A stretch of 64,000 nt of DNA from the IMG/VR virus record IMGVR_UViG_3300009671_000009, positions 96,001 through 160,000 of that record; one strand, 5' to 3'. Both the position numbers and the translations under genes were made by a program. Shown piece after piece: positions 35,380-43,818 of this stretch (the stretch's first letter is position 1; every line of letters begins with the position of its first letter). The notes under the pieces were generated by a model. It searched no databases. It saw only the letters and a program-made list of their open reading frames with translations, and had not been told where the DNA came from. The stretch comes from a virus. Taxonomy: Duplodnaviria; Caudoviricetes.

Positions 35380-36141
35380 TTATGCATCAATTTGTGCATG
35401 GACTAAGCCGATATTGAAATCTTTTTCCAAATCGATATCTAGGCCGTGAACTCTGCCACTACCATTGGCAATACAAATCTTCCTCGATTTGACATCAGCC
35501 ACAAATTTTGGATTGGACGCTTCGGCACGTCTGACAGCGAGGATCTTCATCTTCTCTATCTCTAGTTGATTACAAGATATCCGTGGTTCGAGTTTGGATA
35601 GATCGTCGTTGTATCTATCAATAACTGAATGGTAAATGGTTCCACATTGCACACAGATATCGAAACATAAAGCAAAAGCCCTCTCTGACCAGAAATTAAA
35701 TTGCTTAAAATATCTTAGAGCATTATCAAAATAAGGTTTGCTTGCTTCCATTTGGTATTGTTGACATTCTGTTGTGCGACCGAGTTCTTTAAATTGAGTT
35801 TGCCACTCTTTTTTTAGAGATCTCTTAGATGTACCAACCGATATAGAATCAGCCCAAGCAATCTGACGAGCAGTAGATATTGGTCTTGAAATGTCTTTTA
35901 GTTCTTGGTAGTTATCACCAAATATGTCTTTCATGAGACTGTCGTGGCTAGTAAACATTTTTCGCAACATAGGTTGCAAAGTTCCACTCTTCATATTGAA
36001 CTGCAAAACTCCAAAGCTCATGCCCGCTCCGTCAAAGTTCCCAGTAACACCTGCAAAACATTCTGGAGGTAATTCACTGGTCTCGTAGGTTCCAGTCAAA
36101 GCTAAAACCCTGAGCTTAAGTTCTTGTTCTTTAATAGACAT
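35380..36141 (-). CDS. putative endolysin (lysozyme-like fold)
   Basis: TGTYET...GNFDGAGMSFGVLQFN...GTLQP and SERAFALCFDICVQCG. Lies next to holins. Confidence 0.65.
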   Translation of the reverse strand: MSIKEQELKLRVLALTGTYETSELPPECFAGVTGNFDGAGMSFGVLQFNMKSGTLQPMLRKMFTSHDSLMKDIFGDNYQELKDISRPISTARQIAWADSISVGTSKRSLKKEWQTQFKELGRTTECQQYQMEASKPYFDNALRYFKQFNFWSERAFALCFDICVQCGTIYHSVIDRYNDDLSKLEPRISCNQLEIEKMKILAVRRAEASNPKFVADVKSRKICIANGSGRVHGLDIDLEKDFNIGLVHAQIDA

Positions 36142-36160
36142 AGCCTATCCTCCTTTTAAT

Positions 36161-36188
36161 AAAAAGAGGGGAACATAAAGTTCCCCTC
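36161..36188 (-). terminator. intrinsic terminator upstream of the endolysin
   Basis: Minus strand GAGGGGAAC-TTTAT-GTTCCCCTC followed by TTTTT. Confidence 0.7.
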
Positions 36189-36193
36189 AAAGA

Positions 36194-36766
36194 TTATCTG
36201 ATTGCCAATGGGATTGAAGCATATACTCTAGTTTCAAATTCGCCAGACTTGAAACTAACTGTTTCTTCTATCCCAACGTGGATTCCTCGGTAGACATTGT
36301 ACGATATACCGAGACCTGCCTTATCCAGATAAATAACTCCGTCAATAGAAAACTTTTTGTACTGGAATATTTCGTATCCTATTCCGATATCTTCGACATC
36401 ACATACAAGTTTGAATTTATACTCAGGCTCCTTTACCACAACAGTTGTTGGTATTTCTACCGTAATTGTTCCATCATCGTTTGGTGTAACAGTAGCTGTT
36501 CCATCATTAGTAGTTGTTGTTCCGTCTGGTGAAGTAATATTAGTAGGGACAGTTGTGGGAGTAGTAATGTTAGGCGGAATTACAACCGTATGAACAATGG
36601 TTGTAGATGTGTCTCCTGGAGATACGGTATCTGGATCTGGATTAATAATAATTTGATGAGGCGGTGCATCATGACTTCCGCTAGGCGTTTTAGGTTGTAG
36701 CATGTGACCTGCAAATAAGAAACAGGTCACTAATGCTACAAGAAGAATCTTGGACTTTAGTGTCAC
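36194..36766 (-). CDS. membrane-anchored lysis accessory (spanin-like candidate)
   Basis: N-terminal hydrophobic segment, Thr/Pro-rich linker and amphipathic beta-strand C-terminus. Lies between holins and endolysin. Confidence 0.5.
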   Translation of the reverse strand: MTLKSKILLVALVTCFLFAGHMLQPKTPSGSHDAPPHQIIINPDPDTVSPGDTSTTIVHTVVIPPNITTPTTVPTNITSPDGTTTTNDGTATVTPNDDGTITVEIPTTVVVKEPEYKFKLVCDVEDIGIGYEIFQYKKFSIDGVIYLDKAGLGISYNVYRGIHVGIEETVSFKSGEFETRVYASIPLAIR

Positions 36767-36790
36767 TTGGATCAGTCCTTTTTTAAAACA

Positions 36791-36991
36791 TTACTGTTGA
36801 TCTGTTGGTTCAGTAGGCGCAGGAGGATTCAGTGCCAAGAAGCCTAAAAGCTTCTTAATGGTAGCTAGGATCTCGTTATCTTTAGTTGACGGTGTCAAGT
36901 TCACAAGAATGGAAGCAGCTGCAATAATATAAGCAATCGTATCAGTGATATCTTTCCAATGCTGAAGGATCCAATCTAATACAGTCATCAC
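36791..36991 (-). CDS. small holin-like membrane protein
   Basis: TM segment IAYIIAAASILVNL followed by TPSTKDNEIL. Confidence 0.55.
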   Translation of the reverse strand: MMTVLDWILQHWKDITDTIAYIIAAASILVNLTPSTKDNEILATIKKLLGFLALNPPAPTEPTDQQ

Positions 36992-37011
36992 CTTGTTCCC
37001 TCCTTTACTGA

Positions 37012-37626
37012 TTATTTTGTAGGCTTTTTAGGCCTACAAAAATTGGTCTTGAAAATTTTGTTTATTGTATTATAAAATAAATCCTGAACCCAGTCGCGTT
37101 CAATCTTAGCAACTAGCACTGGGTCTTCGTGGTTAATAAAACCTAGTTCTCTTACTTTGTTAACTGCGGCCTTGAATGTGCCAAGCGATATAAGCAATTC
37201 TAGCAACATGAAGACAATGAAGCTTGGGCATGGATGGATCTTAAGCAAGTAAGTTAACCCTGAATGGAGAACAGATCCTGCTAGCGCTCCCTCGTACACA
37301 TTCAGTGGCGACTGCGGTCTCAGATGGCTAAACATCGCGTATGCATACATTCCAAAGAATACTGTGGCAATATTGATTGCCATATGCATACTACATCCAG
37401 CAAGAAGACCCCATATGAGAGCAATTAAAAGTCCTGGGAGTGCACTCTTGTAGGTCGATATACCTGCAAATGACATTAGCAATGCCCATCCTACCAGACC
37501 ATCTAATGAATATTGCCCTATACTGATTGTGGTAAGATTGGTAAAAAACAATAGAGCTGTTGCTGCACATGTTGCTACTACAAATTCAAGACAACTAGTT
37601 TTTTCTCGGAGTAGATTATTTCCCAT
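37012..37626 (-). CDS. multi-pass membrane protein
   Basis: About 6 hydrophobic segments. Probable ATG at 37626. Confidence 0.6.
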   Translation of the reverse strand: MGNNLLREKTSCLEFVVATCAATALLFFTNLTTISIGQYSLDGLVGWALLMSFAGISTYKSALPGLLIALIWGLLAGCSMHMAINIATVFFGMYAYAMFSHLRPQSPLNVYEGALAGSVLHSGLTYLLKIHPCPSFIVFMLLELLISLGTFKAAVNKVRELGFINHEDPVLVAKIERDWVQDLFYNTINKIFKTNFCRPKKPTK

Positions 37627-38059
37627 CTTCGTTCGTTCCGCCCCTTTCCTCAGTATTTTTGAGTAGGGTGTCCTCAAGAACTTGCGCTTCTTCTTTGTAC
37701 CCAAGCGTTTTGAATTTACCCAAGAAAGAAGGGGCTTCTTTAACAAGCAATCCTAGGATTACTGCACCTCGTACTTGGTTATCGTTCAGGCCTCCTACCA
37801 TATCTCCAATGTGCCCTGCGGCAATTAATAAAGTGTATATTACAAATTTCTCGATAGTTTTTGCTATGAGGTATTTTCTTGAGAAATTTCCTGTCTTACA
37901 AGACAGCCATACTCCTAGACATGTGTCTATTAACAGACCTAAATAAAAATATTGTATCTGTTGATTAAGAGTACCTAGCAAGAAAACAAGACAGACAGTT
38001 ACAACATGTATTGCAGTTTGTAACATATTTCCGATGTCGATTTCAATCGGCGCTCTCAA
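37616..38059 (-). CDS. phage holin (holin_4-like)
   Basis: LLIDTCLG...FS...KFVIYTLLI...D...E..S...K...LG, with 3 TM segments. Confidence 0.75.
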   Translation of the reverse strand: MRAPIEIDIGNMLQTAIHVVTVCLVFLLGTLNQQIQYFYLGLLIDTCLGVWLSCKTGNFSRKYLIAKTIEKFVIYTLLIAAGHIGDMVGGLNDNQVRGAVILGLLVKEAPSFLGKFKTLGYKEEAQVLEDTLLKNTEERGGTNEDGK

Positions 38060-38078
38060 ATAACATCCCTGCTTTCTC

Positions 38079-39356
38079 TTATGTTGATTCGTACTCCATA
38101 ACTAGCCCACTAAGAAGAGGAGAAGTTTGACTTGACAATGACAGACCTATCTCGACATAAACTCTATGAACGCCTGCTGGCAGAGCCTCACCTAGGTTTG
38201 CTTCTCTGTCTATGCCCGCTAAGTTGTAATGAATTTTGTAGACTGAGAATAAATCGGAGCCACTAACACTTCCATTAGAGAAAACAGGATTGACACTTAG
38301 AATCGAAGTGAACATCTTGGTTGGATCTGGAATATCAAAGGCTACTCTGACTTTGGAAGGTTCTGTCTTAAAGGCCATGTAGTTTACATCAATGTTTCTG
38401 AAGCCATAGTAAAAATTTCTTGTCTCGTTCTCTAGGAACCAGTTGGGTTGTTTACAGTAAATACGGACGCCAACAACATCTCTTGTTGGAAAACAAAACT
38501 TGATCCTTCCAAGTTCGCTAATCGAAACAGGTTCGATTTCTCCACCGACTTCTTGGACAGGATACGATGGGAGCCTCTGCCAGTCGTTGACCGTTCTGTA
38601 CTGAATATCCAGTAGCGTCATAGACGATAATGGAGTTGGATCAATAGTCAGAATGTTAGCCCTCGTGTGATTAATGATGTTAATAGGCAATTCTAGCTCT
38701 ATGCAGAAATATATGTCTGTTATGCTTGAATCGTACTGCGACTTTCTGAGCCAGAATGAAGACTTATCTCCATCAAAAGCATTTAGTAGATCACTATCTC
38801 CGTCAGCTACTTTGATTAGTCCATCGCCTGGTTCTATTGTTGCTACGCTGATGTCTATAGGTTCTACTGATTCGTACACTTTTGCGCCGAATGTTTTCGG
38901 TATAAAATTCTGTTTGTTTAAATCTACCAAGTAGATCTTAGAAATCTCTTGAACATGAGGGATTTTTAAAAGCCCAAAGTCTGTGTCGTGCTCAAGATTA
39001 ATACCGTCTGTGGGGTCATCAAAAGTAGTACTGGATGCAAAAGATTTGTAAAGCACTTTGAAAGTTATGGGTGTTGTATGTTCCTCTACTGGAGTAGTGT
39101 GTATGTTTATACCCTGCTCGGCATAGATGAGTTCTATGTTGTCTATTAGACTCTGCAAGGAGTTAATCTTTTTTTGTAAACATACATTTTCAACAACAAG
39201 CATTTCCATATTTCTTGGGATCTTGATCCCATATTCTGTGGCGAAGTTGAACAGCTGAATTAGATCATAATAGCTGTCATCCATCCACTTATTGAAATCC
39301 TCACTTGAGGAAGGCCCTCTGAATTGGGCTTCTCTTTTTTCAGATATAGGTTGCAT
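38079..39356 (-). CDS. virion structural protein (baseplate/tail paralogue family)
   Basis: N-terminal RGPSSSEDFN...DL plus coiled coil, and a discoidin-like NAFDGDKSSFW. Confidence 0.6.
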   Translation of the reverse strand: MQPISEKREAQFRGPSSSEDFNKWMDDSYYDLIQLFNFATEYGIKIPRNMEMLVVENVCLQKKINSLQSLIDNIELIYAEQGINIHTTPVEEHTTPITFKVLYKSFASSTTFDDPTDGINLEHDTDFGLLKIPHVQEISKIYLVDLNKQNFIPKTFGAKVYESVEPIDISVATIEPGDGLIKVADGDSDLLNAFDGDKSSFWLRKSQYDSSITDIYFCIELELPINIINHTRANILTIDPTPLSSMTLLDIQYRTVNDWQRLPSYPVQEVGGEIEPVSISELGRIKFCFPTRDVVGVRIYCKQPNWFLENETRNFYYGFRNIDVNYMAFKTEPSKVRVAFDIPDPTKMFTSILSVNPVFSNGSVSGSDLFSVYKIHYNLAGIDREANLGEALPAGVHRVYVEIGLSLSSQTSPLLSGLVMEYEST

Positions 39357-39730
39357 TAACTAAGCCTCCTCAAAATATTAAGCGCTCTATCTTTTGCACT
39401 TTGATACTCATTATTTATTCTATGAATAGAAATGAAGTTATAAGAACCTTCATTGCCTCCAGGCGTAGTGGGAATTATAGGAGAATCGGTTTCTAAAACT
39501 ATGTTGCCATTTTCGTCGGCAGCAAATGGATGATACGAATTATCTGGATAAGGAAGATCGCTGTCTATGATCTTATCTAAATCTTGTTGTAATGCATCTG
39601 CTTGTTCGGTAAGAATTGCCGCCATCCTTGTAATTTCCACTAAAAACTGATTGGCATACAGATTAAACTTCTCTGAACTATGATCTCCGCGCCATACCAT
39701 TCTGGGCTTAATTATAATAGGTCTCTCCAT
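39356..39730 (-). CDS. virion structural protein (short paralogue)
   Basis: RGDHSSEKFN motif shared with neighbours. Confidence 0.55.
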   Translation of the reverse strand: MERPIIIKPRMVWRGDHSSEKFNLYANQFLVEITRMAAILTEQADALQQDLDKIIDSDLPYPDNSYHPFAADENGNIVLETDSPIIPTTPGGNEGSYNFISIHRINNEYQSAKDRALNILRRLS

Positions 39731-41842
39731 TTAGGTCACCCTTACCTTGTAATAGTTTAGCTTCGGAGTAAGACTTGGATCCGAACTTCTAGATAGCTCT
39801 GCTTTAAAACGAACAATATTAGAGTAGCCCTGATCTATTGTGAAGTTGTATGAGAATGAATACCTCGCACCTTGTGATTTTTGATACTCGCCAATTAAGA
39901 TTAGATTGTCAGGGGTAACTGTGTATTTCTCTGTATCCTTTTCATATACATTGTACAGATAATCAAATAATGGCACATAAGTCATAGGTTCTTGATCTAC
40001 TCTTACTATCTTACTAAGAGATAGTGGATATATTCCTAAGTTTAATGTGGTCTGACTATTGTCGGGCTTATAGGCAAGTATTGTAATCGTGTTCCATCCA
40101 TCTGTAAACGGCCAGTTAACTGTGATAGTTTTACTAGGAGTTAAGTAATGATCAGTTGTTATTGGCATTCCGTTTACTAGGATGTGTATATTTAGTTTAA
40201 AATCTTGCAGATTTGACGTCGCTCTTATAACAGAGGCAAGAGGCTTTCTGGCATTTTCCATAAAGATTGAAGTAGTAATCCTGTAGTTGTACTTAGATTC
40301 TGCACTGGAAAATACAATGGTATTATTGGCATCTGCGTATCTTGTAGTGATAACTCCCTTTTGCTTAGTGTTGGGATCAACTGGAAGATCAATCCAATCA
40401 GCTCCGCCAGGTATATGTTGTTCTTCGTCGCTAGGATCATTGATAAAAGACTCTATTCGGAACTGCTTAATCCCCTTATACAATGAAGGAGTATTACTTC
40501 CGTATATTATTTGAGTGCCTTGAGGAATGGCGGTTCCAGTTTCAAAATGGTAAAACTTTAAACCATTAAATGTTTCTTTGTCACCATCATAGTACTGAAC
40601 TGCATTTACAGCAAGCAGATTATCGATTGGATGAGTACTAGACATTGACTTTAAATCCACAATCTTAGGGAACACTCCTGTGTCTCTATCGATTGGAGTT
40701 ATAGGTTGCCAGTTAAGAGTTTCTCCTGAGCTCTTTTGAAGAGCAACATAGTAATTAATCTCAGTTCCTTGAGGAACATCATCTGTCACTTCTATACTTA
40801 GTTGATCAATCGACACAGGATTACCTTGGCGATCTTTAATTGTTAATTCTTTTGACACAAACTCAGCAACGTCTTCAAATCCTATCTTGAGTAAACTGAT
40901 ATTAGTAATACCAACATAATAAACGTAGTATTGTTCTCCATTTGGCCCAGACTCTGTTTCGTCGAATTTGGCTTTGGTAAGAACTATTTCTAATCCTTTA
41001 AACCATGCCCTAGAGAAATCGTATGCCATCGTTTCTTGAGCAAAAGAATTGCCGAGTTCTCTCCAGTTTAAGTTGTCCTCTGTATACCTAATAGTAAAAT
41101 GTGTCTTTTCTGTCACATGAGGATTGACAACAAGACGGGTTACTTCACTTCCATCAAGAACAATCCTAACAGAGTACTTGAATTCAATCTCTTTGTCTGT
41201 GACAACACGCAACACCCAGGCTGTATTTGTTGTGTCGTCTAGAATATTAGCCAAGGGTTGCATCTCTGTAATTGATATAACATTGTCAGCAACAAGAGGA
41301 TCCCCAGAGATTTCGCTCTGGCTAAGATCTATCTTGACATTGCCAGTTTTGGCATGTGGCAAACTGACGTGACCGAGCTTAAGATCAACCCAAGCAGTGG
41401 TTTGACCAGTGTCGATCTGATTTAGGTTGCGGAAGTTGTCATATACAGAATACAAATAACCATCTGCGTTTTCATTTAACAGAAGCAGTTCTTCGATCTT
41501 GTCTTCAAGCTCTCCAAGATTTCTTTCGAGTCTTCTTTTCTCTGTCTCAAAATAGTCAAAATCATTGATAATGCGTTCTACTTGCTCTGAATTTTCTTCA
41601 TAAAGAACAGTAATGTCTGTATCTAGTTCTTCAACTGTATCATTCCAATCTTGAGGAACAGATCGTCCTCGATATGGAGCAGGCCTAAACTTAGTAATTG
41701 GCTTACCAATCATGCTCCCATCAACTATAATTTCGGCCACCATTGTCATCAATTGATCTACTGTAAGGATAACGCCCTCTCGATATGCCTCTTCAAGAAT
41801 CTTATTTGTAATTGTCTCTATCTGCTTTTTAGGAATACTCAT
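39731..41842 (-). CDS. virion structural protein (paralogue family)
   Basis: Shared N-terminal motif, coiled coil and C-terminal TPKLNYYKV. Confidence 0.6.
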   Translation of the reverse strand: MSIPKKQIETITNKILEEAYREGVILTVDQLMTMVAEIIVDGSMIGKPITKFRPAPYRGRSVPQDWNDTVEELDTDITVLYEENSEQVERIINDFDYFETEKRRLERNLGELEDKIEELLLLNENADGYLYSVYDNFRNLNQIDTGQTTAWVDLKLGHVSLPHAKTGNVKIDLSQSEISGDPLVADNVISITEMQPLANILDDTTNTAWVLRVVTDKEIEFKYSVRIVLDGSEVTRLVVNPHVTEKTHFTIRYTEDNLNWRELGNSFAQETMAYDFSRAWFKGLEIVLTKAKFDETESGPNGEQYYVYYVGITNISLLKIGFEDVAEFVSKELTIKDRQGNPVSIDQLSIEVTDDVPQGTEINYYVALQKSSGETLNWQPITPIDRDTGVFPKIVDLKSMSSTHPIDNLLAVNAVQYYDGDKETFNGLKFYHFETGTAIPQGTQIIYGSNTPSLYKGIKQFRIESFINDPSDEEQHIPGGADWIDLPVDPNTKQKGVITTRYADANNTIVFSSAESKYNYRITTSIFMENARKPLASVIRATSNLQDFKLNIHILVNGMPITTDHYLTPSKTITVNWPFTDGWNTITILAYKPDNSQTTLNLGIYPLSLSKIVRVDQEPMTYVPLFDYLYNVYEKDTEKYTVTPDNLILIGEYQKSQGARYSFSYNFTIDQGYSNIVRFKAELSRSSDPSLTPKLNYYKVRVT

Positions 41843-43806
41843 TCTGTAGCGTCAACCTCCTTGGTAACAATTCTAATCTGATAATCATAAATGACAGGTG
41901 TCATAGTGTCAAGGCTTCGCGGTCTTGAGATCTCGGCCATTAGCTTGATGCTTGTTGGTATTTGATCGACCTTTATGAATGTTTTTCTAGCAACCTGATC
42001 TTCCATGTCAGTAGTAACAAAAGATATTACTTTAGATGGAAAGTTTGTCTCTCCATAAACTGGAGATCTTTCAAGTGGGGATATAGCAGTCCAGGTTGTG
42101 CCGTTATCATGTGACAAATAATATCGAATAAAAGTATTTTTCTTAGTCAGATTATCTTTAAAGAACTCATCAGGTATAAGCTCTGATACTGATAGACTTA
42201 CTTCTTTAACGCCTTTTTGTACCTGGAAATTCGTCGAGACAAATACGTTATTTTCTTCATAGGTATTCGTATTTATGTCAAGGTTTCTGCAACCAAAAAG
42301 CCATCTCCATGCTTTGTCGTCGCCTTCATACCCATCTATGCCGACTCTACTTTTTTGATTGACTATTTCTTTTTTGGTGCTCCATAGTCCGCCGAGAACA
42401 CTTCCTAGGGCTGCTCCTAAGATACCGCCACCCGCCCCAAGAATTGCTCCTAGCGTAGACTTATCTTTATAGCTTAATAGTCCTGTTTTATCGATCTGTC
42501 CTTCAACGCGCTCAACGTAATGTTTTTCTGATGAAGATTTTTTCCAGAGTCGTTTCTTGGTAGTTTTAATATCGTATTCAATCTCGAAGAAGATGTGTCC
42601 AATGGCAGGAAAGTAAGGCCGCTCAACTGTGAATTCAAAGCGAACATACTCGGCATCACGATCTGGAAATGTCCAAGTCCCATGTCCCTTGAATTTTTCT
42701 CGATCTTTAAAATCAACCCCAGGCATAGTTTCTGCGCCAATACGAGTACCGCGGTCTCCAGGATCAAGAACGGTTACGTAATCTCCAGCATTGTTTAAAG
42801 AAGTCTTGATGTCGTTAACTTTTATGTAGCATCTTGAATCGGGAAAATAAGGAAAGAAATCAATCCAGTTTATTTTACACTTTTCCTCTAGTTTTACAAT
42901 TATGTCTACATTCATATAGTCGCGGTTTTTATCTCCTTGGTACAAAGGAGATCCGTCTTGCCATTTCCATCCATATCCAAGCGTATCAGGATCAGCGCCA
43001 GGCTTTTTGAGATCTTCACGAACATTGATAAGTTGATGCTCATACCACGTTTGGGCTTTGCCGTCAAGCATTGTAGAAGGATCATCGTGGGGATCTTTGG
43101 AATACAAAAGCTCCCATTCTTCTTTTGGCCCGCTTGTAGTTCCACTCATGAAAGTACCTATTTCGATATTTTGCTGAGTGCCCTTCTTTTCCAAACATAG
43201 AAAATTACCAGGCATTGCCGCCTCTGGAGTAGATCTTACACTGATTACCTTGGCTGACTTACTTCTGTTTATCTGGCCATTAACCTTTAATGTTACAACG
43301 CCAGATCTGATATCTAGATTTGCAGGATTACCAATAAGATCTAGGTCTGCCTTATTAGCATCAATAAAACTGTCTTGGATTACATAGTTTCTACTTAGGG
43401 CATTCTTGGCTGTTACTACGTAGTCATTGACCTTTTCTCCAATATATTTTATCCGATTCCTAAGACGAATCCTTTCAGTCGTAGACCAGTTGAAATTCTG
43501 CACAAACGAATCCCCAAGCAGCTTTTGTTCATCGTCCATTAATCTTAAGTCGTTATACAGTTCAATAAAAGAATTGTTTATGTCAGCGGAACATGGAGGC
43601 GACCCGTCGTAGACATGCCTCTTTTTGAAAGTCGGTCTTCCAAGCGTAAGAAAAAAATTCTTAATCGAAGCGAGCCACTCTCGCATTATCGTTGCTTGAT
43701 CTTTAGTGACTGAATCTTCTAAAATTTTTTCTTGTGTTTTAGTGGCAAACTGTTGTGCTCTGATTGTTAGAAATTTACTAGGACTCCGTAATAAATCTTT
43801 ATTCAC
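41839..43806 (-). CDS. virion structural protein with glycine-zipper insert
   Basis: Shared family motifs. GAILGAGGGILGAALGSVLGG insert. Confidence 0.6.
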   Translation of the reverse strand: MNKDLLRSPSKFLTIRAQQFATKTQEKILEDSVTKDQATIMREWLASIKNFFLTLGRPTFKKRHVYDGSPPCSADINNSFIELYNDLRLMDDEQKLLGDSFVQNFNWSTTERIRLRNRIKYIGEKVNDYVVTAKNALSRNYVIQDSFIDANKADLDLIGNPANLDIRSGVVTLKVNGQINRSKSAKVISVRSTPEAAMPGNFLCLEKKGTQQNIEIGTFMSGTTSGPKEEWELLYSKDPHDDPSTMLDGKAQTWYEHQLINVREDLKKPGADPDTLGYGWKWQDGSPLYQGDKNRDYMNVDIIVKLEEKCKINWIDFFPYFPDSRCYIKVNDIKTSLNNAGDYVTVLDPGDRGTRIGAETMPGVDFKDREKFKGHGTWTFPDRDAEYVRFEFTVERPYFPAIGHIFFEIEYDIKTTKKRLWKKSSSEKHYVERVEGQIDKTGLLSYKDKSTLGAILGAGGGILGAALGSVLGGLWSTKKEIVNQKSRVGIDGYEGDDKAWRWLFGCRNLDINTNTYEENNVFVSTNFQVQKGVKEVSLSVSELIPDEFFKDNLTKKNTFIRYYLSHDNGTTWTAISPLERSPVYGETNFPSKVISFVTTDMEDQVARKTFIKVDQIPTSIKLMAEISRPRSLDTMTPVIYDYQIRIVTKEVDATE

Positions 43807-43818
43807 CTAAATTCCTCC

